From Octopus vulgaris (Eukaryota): a stretch of 64,000 bases of DNA. The position numbers were made by a program, and so were the translations under genes. This document shows positions 1-12,939 of this stretch, piece after piece (position 1 is the first letter of the stretch; every line of letters begins with the position of its first letter). The notes under the pieces are model-generated. The model did no database searches, was not told the origin of the DNA, and worked only from the letters and a program-made list of their open reading frames with translations. The DNA lies in assembly GCA_951406725.2 (NCBI GenBank), contig OX597820.1:113584001-113648000 (forward strand), given 5' to 3'.

Positions 1-389
1 CGCAGGAGTGGCTGTGTGGTAAGTAGCTTGCTAACCAACCACATGGTTCCGGGTTCAGTCCCACTGCGTGGCATCTTGGGCAAGTGTCCTCTGCTATAGC
101 CCCGGGCCGACCAATGCCTTGTGAAACTGAAAGAAGCCTGTTGTATATATGTATGTATATATGTATGTGTGTGTATGTGTTTGTGTGTCTGTGTTTGTCC
201 CCCTAGCATTACTTGACAACCGATGCTGGTGTGTTTACGTCCCCGTAACTTAGCGGTTCGGCAAAAGAGACCGATAGAATAAGTACTGGGCTTACAAAGA
301 ATAAGTCCCGGGGTCGATTTGCTCGACTAAAGGCGGTGCTCAAGTATGGCCGCAGTCAAATGACTGAAACAAGTAAAAGAGTAAAAGAG
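1..389 (+). mobile_element. tRNA-derived SINE (family A)
   Basis: A-box-like TGGCTGTGTGGT and B-box-like GGTTCAGTCCC head, body, and GTAAAAGA-repeat tail. The same sequence recurs at about 5547, 24398(-), 25452, 28520, 35000(-) and 38215. Confidence 0.8.
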
Positions 390-515
<126 letters not shown>

Positions 516-516
516 A

Positions 517-2558
517 GCCAAAATAAGTTTATGACCGATGATGACAGTTCTATTCCTTCATAAATATATTTTTAACAAAACTGTATAAAATTATTTTACG
601 TTTTACAGTTTATGTAGAATTTTTTTTCTCTTTCCCATGATATAGACATTATATATCTTTCTACAATTCGAATAATTTTAACGCGCAATTAATTCAAATG
701 ATTAGAAATTGTCGGCAAAATACGTTTAATTCCGTACCAAGATTGTGCAAATTAATAAACGAAATGGGTGGTCATATGGCTGGTCGTACTTCAGTTTTGT
801 TTAATACTCAAACATTGTTACACATTAAATCTCTATGGGAAAGCGTCGTAGTATCAGCCCAGTTACTAGATGAAAGATCGTGTTGTTTCGTCACCAAAAT
901 GTGTCCTTCGTGAATGTTAGCAAGCAATCAGGATGCAGCAAAATGGCTTGTGTTCAAGCATGGAAGCTTTATCACGCCACTGGCCAATCCAAAGATCGGC
1001 TAAGGACGGGCGCTCCAAGAAAAACAACAGTACAAATGGATCGGCGAATTCATAGGCTCTCTGAAGGTAACCAAATACTAATAGCAGTGGACATTTGCAA
1101 GCAATTATCTAATGAAACTGACATCAGATTTGTACCACAAACTGTCAGAAAGCACCTAAAAGAATTTGGACTGTTCGGCCAGATCGCTCGAAAGAACCCG
1201 AAAATTTTTGAGATGAACCGGCGGAAGCGGATCAAGTTTGCTAAAAGCCATTTTGAATGGACGGCCGAATACTGGTCAAAAGTTCTTTGGAGTGACGAAT
1301 CCTGCTTCTGCATCATTGGATCAGAAGGAAAGACTTATGTGAGACGCCGTCCAACTGAAGAATTCCATCTTAAGTGTGTCAAGAAAACGGCGCAAGCGGG
1401 AGTGGGGTAATGGTGTGGGCAATGGTGTCAAGGTTGATGGCAGACTGAACAATGTAAGCCATCTGCAATTAGTAAATGAAAATGTGCTGCCATATTTAAA
1501 TAATCAGATGCCATCGGAGGAATGGAAGGAAGGAATTACAGCCGTGTTTCGTGGTCTGCTACCACAACAGCTCCTTTATAGGATCCAGTTAGCTCAAGAC
1601 ATCATCAGGAGGAACCACGTCCGGTTTCGGACCCTACTCCTCTACCGTTTTGACGTGGCGGGGTCCCTCCCTTTCGGAGGTGTCTTCAGCTCTGGTGTTG
1701 TGTACATATCTTCTTTCTTCTGTTCCCTGACCTCTTCGATGTATCGTCAGCCGGTGACTGACTGACTTGCCAAATTTTTCCCTTTAAATACCTGCCGCTA
1801 GGCTCCAGCAGGCAGCCCCCAGCAAGTTGTCACGTGACACTGTCTCACCTTAACTGATTAGTGAGGCGCGTAGTCTTAGCCCGCGCATTCTCTAAACGAC
1901 CGTCACCTTGTCAATCAGCGAGGCTGATTCAGTGTCAGCTTGTCTCACCTAGTGATGTTATTTCCCGCTCCAGCAGGAGAATTGCCCCATTCATAAAGCG
2001 AGGAAAATTTTCCAATATTTTGAGCGTAATTAATATGGTGGTTATTAAGTGGCCTCCGCAGAACCCGGAATGAATCCGATAGAAAATTTATGGAATTATG
2101 TTTCTAAAGGTGTTTATGCTAAAAAAAACAATAAATTTGTCCCAATTATATAATTTTATTGAAGAAATATGGCAGATCATTCCAAGCGATTTTTGTGCTC
2201 ATTTGTTGAACTCCATGTCTCGTCATTGTAAGGTTGTAATTGAAAATAATGGCTATGGAACTAGATACTGATAATAAATTTTTGTTCATTGATCATTTCT
2301 ACCGTAAATTTTCAATTTATGCAAAATAATGTTGGTACGGTCTCAAACTTGTTTTGCCGACAATTCTTAATTATTTGAATTAATTGCGCATTAAAATTAT
2401 TCAAATTGTAGAAAGATATATAACGACTATATCAATCGAAAGTGAAAATAAATCTACATAAACTGTAAAAAGTAAAATAATTTATACAGTTTTGTTAAAA
2501 ATATATTAATGAAGAAATAGAACTATCATCATCGGTCTTAAACTTATTTTGGCCAGTG
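517..2558 (+). mobile_element. Tc1-family DNA transposon with about 225-bp IR/DR terminal inverted repeats, defective
   Basis: 517-740 is the reverse complement of 2332-2558; the right end is GGCCAGTG|TA. Outer and inner direct repeats occur within each TIR (gccaaaataagttt / ggcaaaatacgttt). Confidence 0.9.
835..2271 (+). pseudogene. Tc1 DD34E-type transposase pseudogene (stops, frameshifts, about 450-bp insertion)
   Basis: MGKRRSISPVTR*..., GAPRKTT, WSKVLWSDES, QQENCPIHKA, WPPQNPE*NPIENLW, and a C-terminal GYGTRY*. Confidence 0.88.
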
Positions 2559-2559
2559 T

Positions 2560-4200
2560 ATATATAAGAATTTTTTGCGTAATAAGATAAAAAAACCCAA
2601 GGCTGTATAGATATTAGAGCATTTATAGATAGAAGGTCTTACAGCTGTTTCCAGGATATTTATTAATTATATCCCTTCGTCGGAGACGGTGTGAGAGGAT
2701 GGTTAAGTCATAGTCAGTTTAGATGTGATACAAAATAGAGAGCGAGGTGGAGGAAAGAAAATAGATGTAAGATATGTATGGGTATTGAAGTTGTAAATCC
2801 GTTTTATAGGCATAATGGTATATATGCAATATTCCAATATCCTATGAGTAAAGTCCAAAATTCCAACATAGTTTAATATGAGTCCTTCCAAATATAGAGT
2901 TTATAAGCAATGTAAGATTCCCTTATGAGTGAGATCCTGCAGATTTTAAACTTGGTCATTCCCAGTAGAGAATTTATATAGTGTTGCAGAGTCAAAGGTT
3001 TGTATTTAAAATGACCTGGAAATAGGGAGTGTATTAGTATGGTTAAATTGAAAACAGGAAGAGAGGAATGAAAGAAAAAGAAAACTAAAGGAAGAGAAAA
3101 AGAGGAGAGAAAGAAAGAGAAAGGAGAGAGATTAGTAAAAATAACAAAATAATAAATAATAAGAAATAAAGAATAAAAAACCTGACGATAGGAATAAAGG
3201 GAATCAAGAAAAAAGAAAAATTAAGATATAGATGAGTCAGTGGTCAGCGGAGATAATTTGAAAGTAGGAGTGGAGATAGAGAGAGAGAAAGGTATTATAG
3301 TGTAAAAGATAGAGGAATGGGAGGGTTAAGAGAAAGGAATGACCAATGTGTAGTAGTAGAGTCTAACTGTGGGGCAAAGATATGAAGAATTCAGGAAATA
3401 GCAGTTCAGTGCTTAGTAATCTGAGAAAATATAAGTGAAGATGTATATACATGTATATATCAGTTAAGTTACATATACAATCCTTTTTCGCATGCGTATG
3501 CACTCATACACACTCACTTATACACTCATCTGCATGTATCATCGCCCCTGCATATGCAGGTATATATACCTTGCATGTGTACGTATGTTTACATATACCC
3601 ACATGCATGTACGCATACCCTCACTCGTACATATATACGCGCGCATGGGTGTGTGCACATACATAGGAATATAATCAGATGGTTGTATATGTGAGAAACT
3701 AGATAGGGATAATGAGTAAATTTATAGGTTATTGGGACTACCTAAGAATTATTGCGGAAATGTACTGTACAGTCATTTTGGCATATGGATTTGTGGTAGA
3801 AGTTAAATGTGTGATAAAAGCGGTGGTTGCATGTGCTTAGTGCATCGTTATGTTTATTAAGCAGTGTTCGAGAGTTGTGCTTTAATATTTGTAGTGCCTC
3901 CTTCAGGCAAAGCTTGCAGATTGAGCGTTGACCTCGGTAGGGAAGTCCTGAGTCTACTATGGATCATGATAGAGTATAGGGTATATTTGCATTTTTGAGA
4001 TGATGTATGTGGTTGGCGAGTGTTTTAGATTTACTATGTATATCGTATCTAAAAGAGTGGAGATGAGTGGCATATTGTTGTTTAAAGCATTTTGTTGATC
4101 CTATGTATATGGCTGTAGAGGTCCTATGTATATGGCTGTAATTGGTTAAGGACCGTGCATTTGTAGATTACATTATATCTTCTGCAGTGGGTTTATACAT
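2560..4200 (-). mobile_element. Penelope-like element remnant (GIY-YIG fragment plus 3' terminus with hammerhead motif)
   Basis: Minus strand about 4175-3855 reads NVIYKCTV...IYIG STKCFKQQYATHLHSFRY...LANHIHHLK...CKLCLKEALQI, typical of the PLE GIY-YIG C-terminus. An HHR-like motif lies at 2636-2687. Confidence 0.75.
2636..2687 (-). ncRNA. Minimal type I hammerhead ribozyme-like motif (CCGACGA core variant)
   Basis: Minus strand: GTCT-CCGACGA-A-GGGATAT..ATATCCT-G-GAAA-CAGCTG-TA-AGAC. Confidence 0.55.
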
Positions 4201-4214
4201 ATAACACTGATAAT

Positions 4215-4714
4215 GTATTTTGTCTGTCTGTACGTGTGCATCACTAAAACTCGAGAACAAGCCAACCAATTTCATTTAAATTTTACACATGCCTTACTTA
4301 GGGTCCGTACAGTGTCAAGGGCCAAAAAAATGTTCAACTTCTAGTCTAATGCGAGCCCGGAGCAATGTCTTATCTCTTTCACTATTTCAGTATTACATGT
4401 CAAAAGGGAAACGGTAACATCTCTATTGTAATGTGAGGTTATACTCTCAGTTTTAATACTTTCACTATTAAGACTTTCATTATGTATACATATATTAGTT
4501 TCATTTCTATTAGTTTCACTATGTATTTATATACGTTTGTATATATATATACACAAATATACATATATACATATATATGTATGTGCATATATGTTTATAT
4601 ATTTGTTCATATATATATATGTATGTATATGTGTATATATGTATGTATATATGTATCTATATATGTATATATATGTACATATATATATTTATGCATGTAT
4701 ATGTATGTATACAT

Positions 4715-4757
<43 letters not shown>

Positions 4758-4841
4758 TATATTAAAGGAGTACAGGTTCAAATTTCAAGAAGACAAATTT
4801 CAGATTATCCATTAGATATATAATATATATATAAATATATA

Positions 4842-4880
<39 letters not shown>

Positions 4881-4930
4881 AAATATATTATGAGTACTCT
4901 ATATATAAGTATATATATATATATGTAATA

Positions 4931-5002
<72 letters not shown>

Positions 5003-5442
5003 ATATATATATATGCATATATATTTATGTATGTACATATATATATGTATATTTATGTATATATAAGTATATATGTATATATATGCATATATATGAATAT
5101 ATATATATATATATACATATATATATACATATATATATATATACATATATATACATATATATACATATATATACATATATGATGAAGACTAATCAAATTT
5201 ACGTTGTCAAACGTATTTGAAGTCAGGAACCGGTCCTGCATTATCCGATTCTAGGTTGTCCATTTATCAGATTTTTATCCTAGAGGTAAGGCAAATTTTT
5301 TTCATGTTTGTTGCACACACGCGTCTTTGCTAGTATATACGCAGCGAAGCTATATAATAGCGTCGTATTTATTACGATTGCTAATTTCCAGTAAATATTG
5401 GTACCTTGTTGTACCATTTATCTACTTTTATATTATATATGC

Positions 5443-5541
<99 letters not shown>

Positions 5542-5945
5542 TGTATGTGGCTGTGTGCTAAGAAACTTGCTTCCCAACAACATGGTTCCAGGTTCAGTCA
5601 CACTGCGCGACACCTTCTACTACACCCTTCGGCCGACCAAATCCATGTCAGTAGACTTGGTTGACAGAAGCTGAAAGGTTCTGTCCTCTGTGTGTGTGTG
5701 TGTGTGCGTGTGTATGTGTGTGTCTGACTGTCTGTCTGTCTGTCTGTCTGTCTGTGTCTGTGTGTATGTATTTGAGTCTATGTTTGTTCCCCCAACGTCT
5801 CTTAGAAACGAATGTTGGTGTGTTTACGTCCCCGTAACGTAGCGGTTCAGCAGAAGATATCGATAGAATAAGCACCAGCCTTACAAAGAATAAGTCCAGA
5901 AGTCCAGGGGTCGATTTCCTGGGCAAGGTCAGATATCTCTGCTAG
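4215..5945 (+). mobile_element. Probable interrupted non-autonomous Helitron-like element
   Basis: 5' tgtctgtctgt...ccaaccaatttcatttaaattttacac motif; degenerate GC hairpin followed by CTAG at about 5920-5945. Interrupted by (TA)n and a SINE. Confidence 0.4.
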
Positions 5946-6099
5946 TATATATATATATATATATATACTAGCATTTGAGAAATCTATTTTAGTGGAGGTT
6001 TACGCTGATGCAAGACATGGAGTTTATATTCCTAATCTAGAAACGCGTTCGTAAATAACCATTAGACTTTGCTTTCGTTATTTCTTCCTTCTGTTTTGC

Positions 6100-6590
6100 A
6101 TATGTGAATTACGGGGATATGTCGTATGTGGAGTCTCATTTGTAGATTTGCTTCTTTTTTTACATGGCGGTGGCTTTTCCAAGTATATCTTTTCCTTGCC
6201 GTTAGATCAAACATAGTGTTTGCAATACACATCTTGTGCTCTTCGTAAAAATGCATGAACTCTCATTTCTTTTGTCCAGTTCATAATTTCCTATTATAAA
6301 GGTGTGTCTTCCTGAGGCTACTTTAACATTGAAATCTTCCATAAATCAATAACATGTTAGTTGGTTTGATTTCTTTTTCTGCAGAGTTGATTGTTTTGAC
6401 AAAACTCTTCCACTTATTCGTCAGAGCATAGAGTAGTGAATGCATAAACTTGTAAAGTGACTATATCGAAAGACTTTGCTCTTATATTTAATATTATGAC
6501 TCTTTGATTAATAGGCCAGTATCTAAGTACAAAATTTCTCATTATTTTGAATATCGAAAGTCTTGTTCCATGCTCATATTTTTCACCTCC
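6100..6590 (-). mobile_element. RTE-clade LINE AP-endonuclease fragment
   Basis: RVIILNIRAKSFDIVTLQVYA... and HFYEEHKMCIANTMFDLTARKRYTWKS. Confidence 0.7.
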
Positions 6591-8077
6591 TGCGTGGAAT
6601 CATCATTAGCATTTCTCTGCGATAATACGTGGTGGTGGAGCCTCAATCCTTTCACGGTGACTGAAAGAAGTCGCCTTGTGTCTTGATGCGCCCTGTTTTA
6701 TGGTGTGTCCCATGCCACACGATCGGATCTTTAGGAAATTTTCTTCCTTATGATGAGGGACTAAGACCCAAAACGTCGAGACAGTCCCTTTCTCCTTCTG
6801 AAGAGTTAAACTAATACCGTAATTTTTTAACATTAGTCTTCGTTTGTTGTTCTTTTTAATGTTTATTATCCTCAAACTACATACACACACACACACACAC
6901 ATGTCCATGATAGGCACATACATATACATACATATATGTACATTATATATATATATACACACGTACATGCATGTTCATTCGAACCTCAACGTAGACATAC
7001 ATGCACAAGTACACATATACACATACCGTTAGGTTAGGCTGAAATGGTTGTTTTCCGTTGTTGAATCTCATCTATATTTTATAAAGTTAGAATACCTTTT
7101 GTCCTTTTGTCACCGGATTGATCTAGGGACAAACAACATACCAAATACTGTGAAACCTCCAGAATCTGGAAAGTGGTATAATCACCACCGTCTCCACGTC
7201 AAACAGAAGCTCAATATTCTCACACTTTATAAAATAGCAGAGTGTAATTGGACGAAATTTGACTGCTATCTTTAGCAAGTCCAATGACCATGTAAAAGTC
7301 CCTATGTTTGTGCTGTGAATGTTGTTGATGATGGTGTATCGTGTTTGAATTTGTCCCTAAATTTCATCAGGTTGATTATTTATGTTGCATAATTATGGTC
7401 GTATTTTTATGTTGCCTTCGAGGATGTTTGCTATAGCTGCTTCTGCTGCTGCTGTTGCTACTACTGTTATTGATGATATTTGCAGTCTCTCTTAAAATGT
7501 CGTTTCTTCTAATTCAATTAATTTGTTGTTGCTGCTGTTCTTGTTAGTGGTGTTAATGTTCTGTTTGTGTGCATTTTTCGTGTCGAACGACATTTTTCTT
7601 CAGTGGGTGATTGTTTAATCAGCACCTTGCGGGATTACCGGCAACTTGTGTTTCAACAATGTCGTTTTGCCTTGACTCTCAACATAACAATTGTCAGCAC
7701 CTGAATAATACTTGCAAAATGTCAGCTTCATTTGCTAGACTTAAAATCCAGAATTGCTGAGAATTGCTTTCTTCTGTTGACCTTCAAAAGTTTTAGGAAT
7801 AATTTCTCAGAAAAAATATTCCAACTTGATTTGACCAAAGGTTCACAAATGTAACTATCTCGTTGCGCTTCGAAGGACACGGTCAGACCAATGCCTGACT
7901 ACAAACAACTATAAAAGTAAAATAATGAAAACAGACCCTAACACCAAATGCAGAATGTGCAGCCAGCACAATGGACAGTCGACCAAGAATAAGAATTATT
8001 AATATGTGCGTGCGTATATGTCTACGTAAATCTAAATTTAGCTATCTGTGAATGAGTATATATTTAGTGTGAATGAG

Positions 8078-8145
<68 letters not shown>

Positions 8146-8148
<3 letters not shown>

Positions 8149-8552
8149 GAGTTCCAACCTTGTCTGATTTTCACGTTTTATTTACAATCTTATAATGATA
8201 TAATATAAGATAATATAATATAATATAATAAAATAAAATAAAATAATAGAATGTTAAATGTTCATTCTGATTGAACTAGTACTTTCATGCATTAAATTCT
8301 GCAATCTTCAGGTTCATGTAGGAGTGGTGACAGTCATGCCTCACAATTTTTGTCACCACTCCTACATGACTGTCACCACTCCTACATGAACCTGAAGATT
8401 GCAGAATTTAATGCATGAAAGTACTAGTTCAATCAGAATGAACATTTAACATTCTATTATTTTATTTTATTTTATTATATTATATTATCTTATATTATAT
8501 CATTATAAGATTGTAAATAAAACGTGAAAATCAGACAAGGTTGGAACTCCTT
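8146..8552. repeat. Fold-back (about 190-bp arms) PLE-terminus-like element flanked by (TA)n
   Basis: 8146-8337 is the near-perfect reverse complement of 8365-8552. The spacer contains a duplicated tgtcaccactcctacatga. Confidence 0.9.
8387..8431 (+). ncRNA. Minimal type I hammerhead ribozyme (mirror copy on - strand at about 8272-8316)
   Basis: TGAAC-CTGAAGA-T-TGCA(gaatttaa)TGCA-T-GAAA-GTAC-TA-GTTCA. Stem I is TGAAC/GTTCA; stem III is palindromic AGTACT. Confidence 0.7.
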
Positions 8553-8555
8553 TTA

Positions 8556-8613
<58 letters not shown>

Positions 8614-8703
8614 TACATATGTATTAATAGTAATGGTAAAACAACAAAAGAATGAATAGGGCCTCGATATTATGTAAATAGAGGAATTTATCTGCATTTT
8701 ATA

Positions 8704-8858
8704 TGTGAAAATTATTCGGTTGCCAAAATAAGACTCCGAGTTTCGGATGTCGAGGCGGAAACCATCTCCGGAATCTCGTCAGTTATCGAGGCAATCAAAG
8801 AATCCGCCCCGCCATCCGAAACTCGAAGTCTTATTATGGCAACCGAATAATCGTCACA
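8704..8858. repeat. Small fold-back element (about 45-bp arms) containing a - strand hammerhead motif
   Basis: 8704-8749 pairs with 8813-8858. Minus strand 8786-8728: ATAA-CTGACGA-G...C-GAAA-CTCGGAG-TC-TTAT. Confidence 0.7.
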
Positions 8859-8866
8859 TATTATAT

Positions 8867-8919
<53 letters not shown>

Positions 8920-8971
8920 AATTCCTTATCCGTATCTTTCAATACAACGCTTTTAAAGAAGAATTTGTCGT

Positions 8972-9048
8972 TGGGGCAATTTCGCTTAATGGTAAAGCAC
9001 TTGACGGGTTATCACAGGAATGTGAGTTCGAGTCTCATGGCTGGCCGC
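8972..9048 (+). pseudogene. tRNA-like sequence (degenerate tRNA or SINE head)
   Basis: A-box-like TCGCTTAATGGT and T-loop GTTCGAGTC; acceptor and anticodon stems are imperfect. Confidence 0.35.
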
Positions 9049-9144
9049 CGACAGATATGCAAAATATGCATAGTTTATCCTGTTCATGCTATAATATTAA
9101 CATTATCCTGCGTTTAAAAACAAAATTATTTTGAAAGTTGCGGC

Positions 9145-9305
9145 GAAAGAGTACACCAGGGATCGCCAGCATCCCCTACCGGAGGCTCGTAGAGCTTTAG
9201 GTGTTTTCGCTCAATAAACACTCACAACGCCCGGTCTTGGGAATCGAAACCGCAATCCTACGCCGCAAGCCTGCTGCCCTAACCACTGGGCCATTGCGCC
9301 TCCAC
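9145..9305 (-). mobile_element. tRNA-derived SINE head (family C)
   Basis: Reverse complement of gtggaggcgcaatggcccagtggttagggcagc; matches 22724. Confidence 0.75.
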
Positions 9306-9365
9306 AAATATTCCTTTATACACACATATATGTAATTGTTCTTCCCGAATTGCACTTCATATTGA

Positions 9366-9446
9366 AGCTCCGATGAAGCTATAAGCTGTTACTCAGGCAC
9401 TCAGTTGCGAGTGCACTGCATCCTGTAGGAGAAACAGCTGTAAGCT
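9366..9446 (+). ncRNA. Hammerhead-like motif with extended stem II (CCGATGA core variant)
   Basis: AGCT-CCGATGA-A-GCTATA...(GCACTC/GAGTGC hairpin)...TGTAGG-A-GAAA-CAGCTG-TA-AGCT. Confidence 0.5.
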
Positions 9447-9795
9447 GATAACATAAGATAATCGTTCATTCCTCGTCATCTCATGTTCTGTACTTGACAA
9501 ACACTTCACTTTGAAGCATGTATTGAGTTCTACGCCAGGTTAGTAGTTCTACGCCATGCCCAATAGAAATATTAATGCACACACACACACATACACACAC
9601 ATACACACACACACATACACACACACGCAAACATACTCGCACTTACACGCACACTTATAAAGTGAGGGGGAGAGGGAGGGAGGGAGGGAGAGAGAGAAAA
9701 GATGGAGTGAGAGAGAATGAGTATTAAAAACAATATGGCTGAGTAAAAAATGCACTGGTTTGTTCGCCACACAGTTTACTTCAGTAGTGGTGGTG

Positions 9796-9853
<58 letters not shown>

Positions 9854-10124
9854 ACCAAGAAGAAGAAGAAGAAGAAGAAGAAGAAGAAGAAGAAGAAGAA
9901 GAAGAAGAAGAAGAAGAAGAAGAAGAAGGTAGCGCTGGAGGCAGTGCTTTTGATATTGCTGTTTGACTGTAGTAGTGATTGTTGTTGCTGTTATTGCTGC
10001 TACTGCTACTGCTGCTGCCCTAGTTGTTGTTGTTGCTGTTGCTGCTGTTGTTGTTCCTCTTGTTTTTGTCCCTCAACGATAATGGTGGAAAATCGAGAGC
10101 AACTCCATTCAAGCAAACACTCAC

Positions 10125-10220
10125 AAATGCTGCTCTGGTCATTGACGTTATGTGAAAAGGTCACCACCAACAGTTGACCGCTTCACTAAAGCATGTTCTC
10201 GCTTTGGTTGACATTTCTTA
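10125..10220 (+). mobile_element. Short RTE reverse transcriptase fragment
   Basis: VDRFTKACSRF(G)LT resembles the RTE segment following the FADD motif. Confidence 0.45.
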
Positions 10221-10532
10221 TTCTGTAATGAGGTGTTGCTACTGTTGCATTTTGCTGCTGCTGCTGCTGTTGTTGTTTCTTTTGCGTTTGCTGTTCTTCT
10301 ACCCCTTTTTCTTCTTTTTCTTCTTCTTTTTCTTCCGAACCAGCAGAACTATGAACAGAAGTATTCCAACCGGATGTAGCTGCGTGGTAAGAAATTTGCT
10401 TTCTAACTGCATGGTTCCGGGCCCAGTCCTACTGCGAGGCATGTTGGGCTTTTACTATGAGTTTCCATCGATGACAGCATTGTGAGCGCCTTTGGCTGAC
10501 AGAAACTCAAAAACTCAAAGAACTTCGTTATC

Positions 10533-10621
<89 letters not shown>

Positions 10622-10623
<2 letters not shown>

Positions 10624-11270
10624 TTATTGACCACGCAGAAGGAACAAAATACAAAGTAGAGCTTTTCTTTTTGGGAAGAAGAGAAGGGAAAAAATGGGTC
10701 GAATTCTAATCAAATGGTGAAAAGGGAAAACATACTAGGTTTGTTTGTGAATAGAAAAACCTGCGGAAAAGACCACGGGAACCTTGGGCAATAGTGTCAT
10801 GCTAGAAGATTATGCTCAAGGATTATGCTCAAGCTGGCTCCGTCATTCACACGTATCATACTTGCTACATTCACCCATCTTTTTTTGAAGCATTCACTAG
10901 ACAAAACTTCCCTCTCTACTCTCACCTTCCTCTTCAAGTGATACTTGAAGAAGTTTATGAGAGATTGACCAGAGAGGAAAATGTTTGTCTCTAGACCTTT
11001 CAGACGCGTCCACCATACACATTCTTTCTCCATAGCCACAAGTACGATGAAAATAGCTCTTCCTTCCCGTTTCAAGGAAGGAGGCGCGACAATATTTACG
11101 ATAGACTCGGTTGATAAACCGACTCGTCCCACACGCCATAGCAGTCGTTCGATATAGGCCCACAGGTCGGAAATTGTTGGACACTGTACGAGTGCGTACA
11201 GGACGGTTTCATCGCTCTGACTGCATCTCAGACAGGTCGGCCCCGTGTTTCTCGAGCCATGCCTGTAGAG
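10622..11270 (-). mobile_element. Tx1/L1-type LINE 3' fragment with (TATC)n tail
   Basis: VNIVAPPSLKREGRAIFIVLVAMEKECVWWTRLKGLETNIFLSG, homologous to 53140-53349(+). Confidence 0.75.
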
Positions 11271-11284
11271 TGAAATACTACAGA

Positions 11285-12939
<1,655 letters not shown>

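Noticed and set aside
6748-6780. ATGATGA-GGG..CCC-AAAACGTC hammerhead-like remnant
   Set aside because: Both core boxes are mutated and there is no stem I; too degenerate to call.
7615-7700. Possible minus-strand terminal exon (ADNCYVESQGKTTLLKHKLPVIPQGAD*) and a 9-bp direct repeat tcagcacct
   Set aside because: Weak acceptor and no recognisable homology; could be chance.
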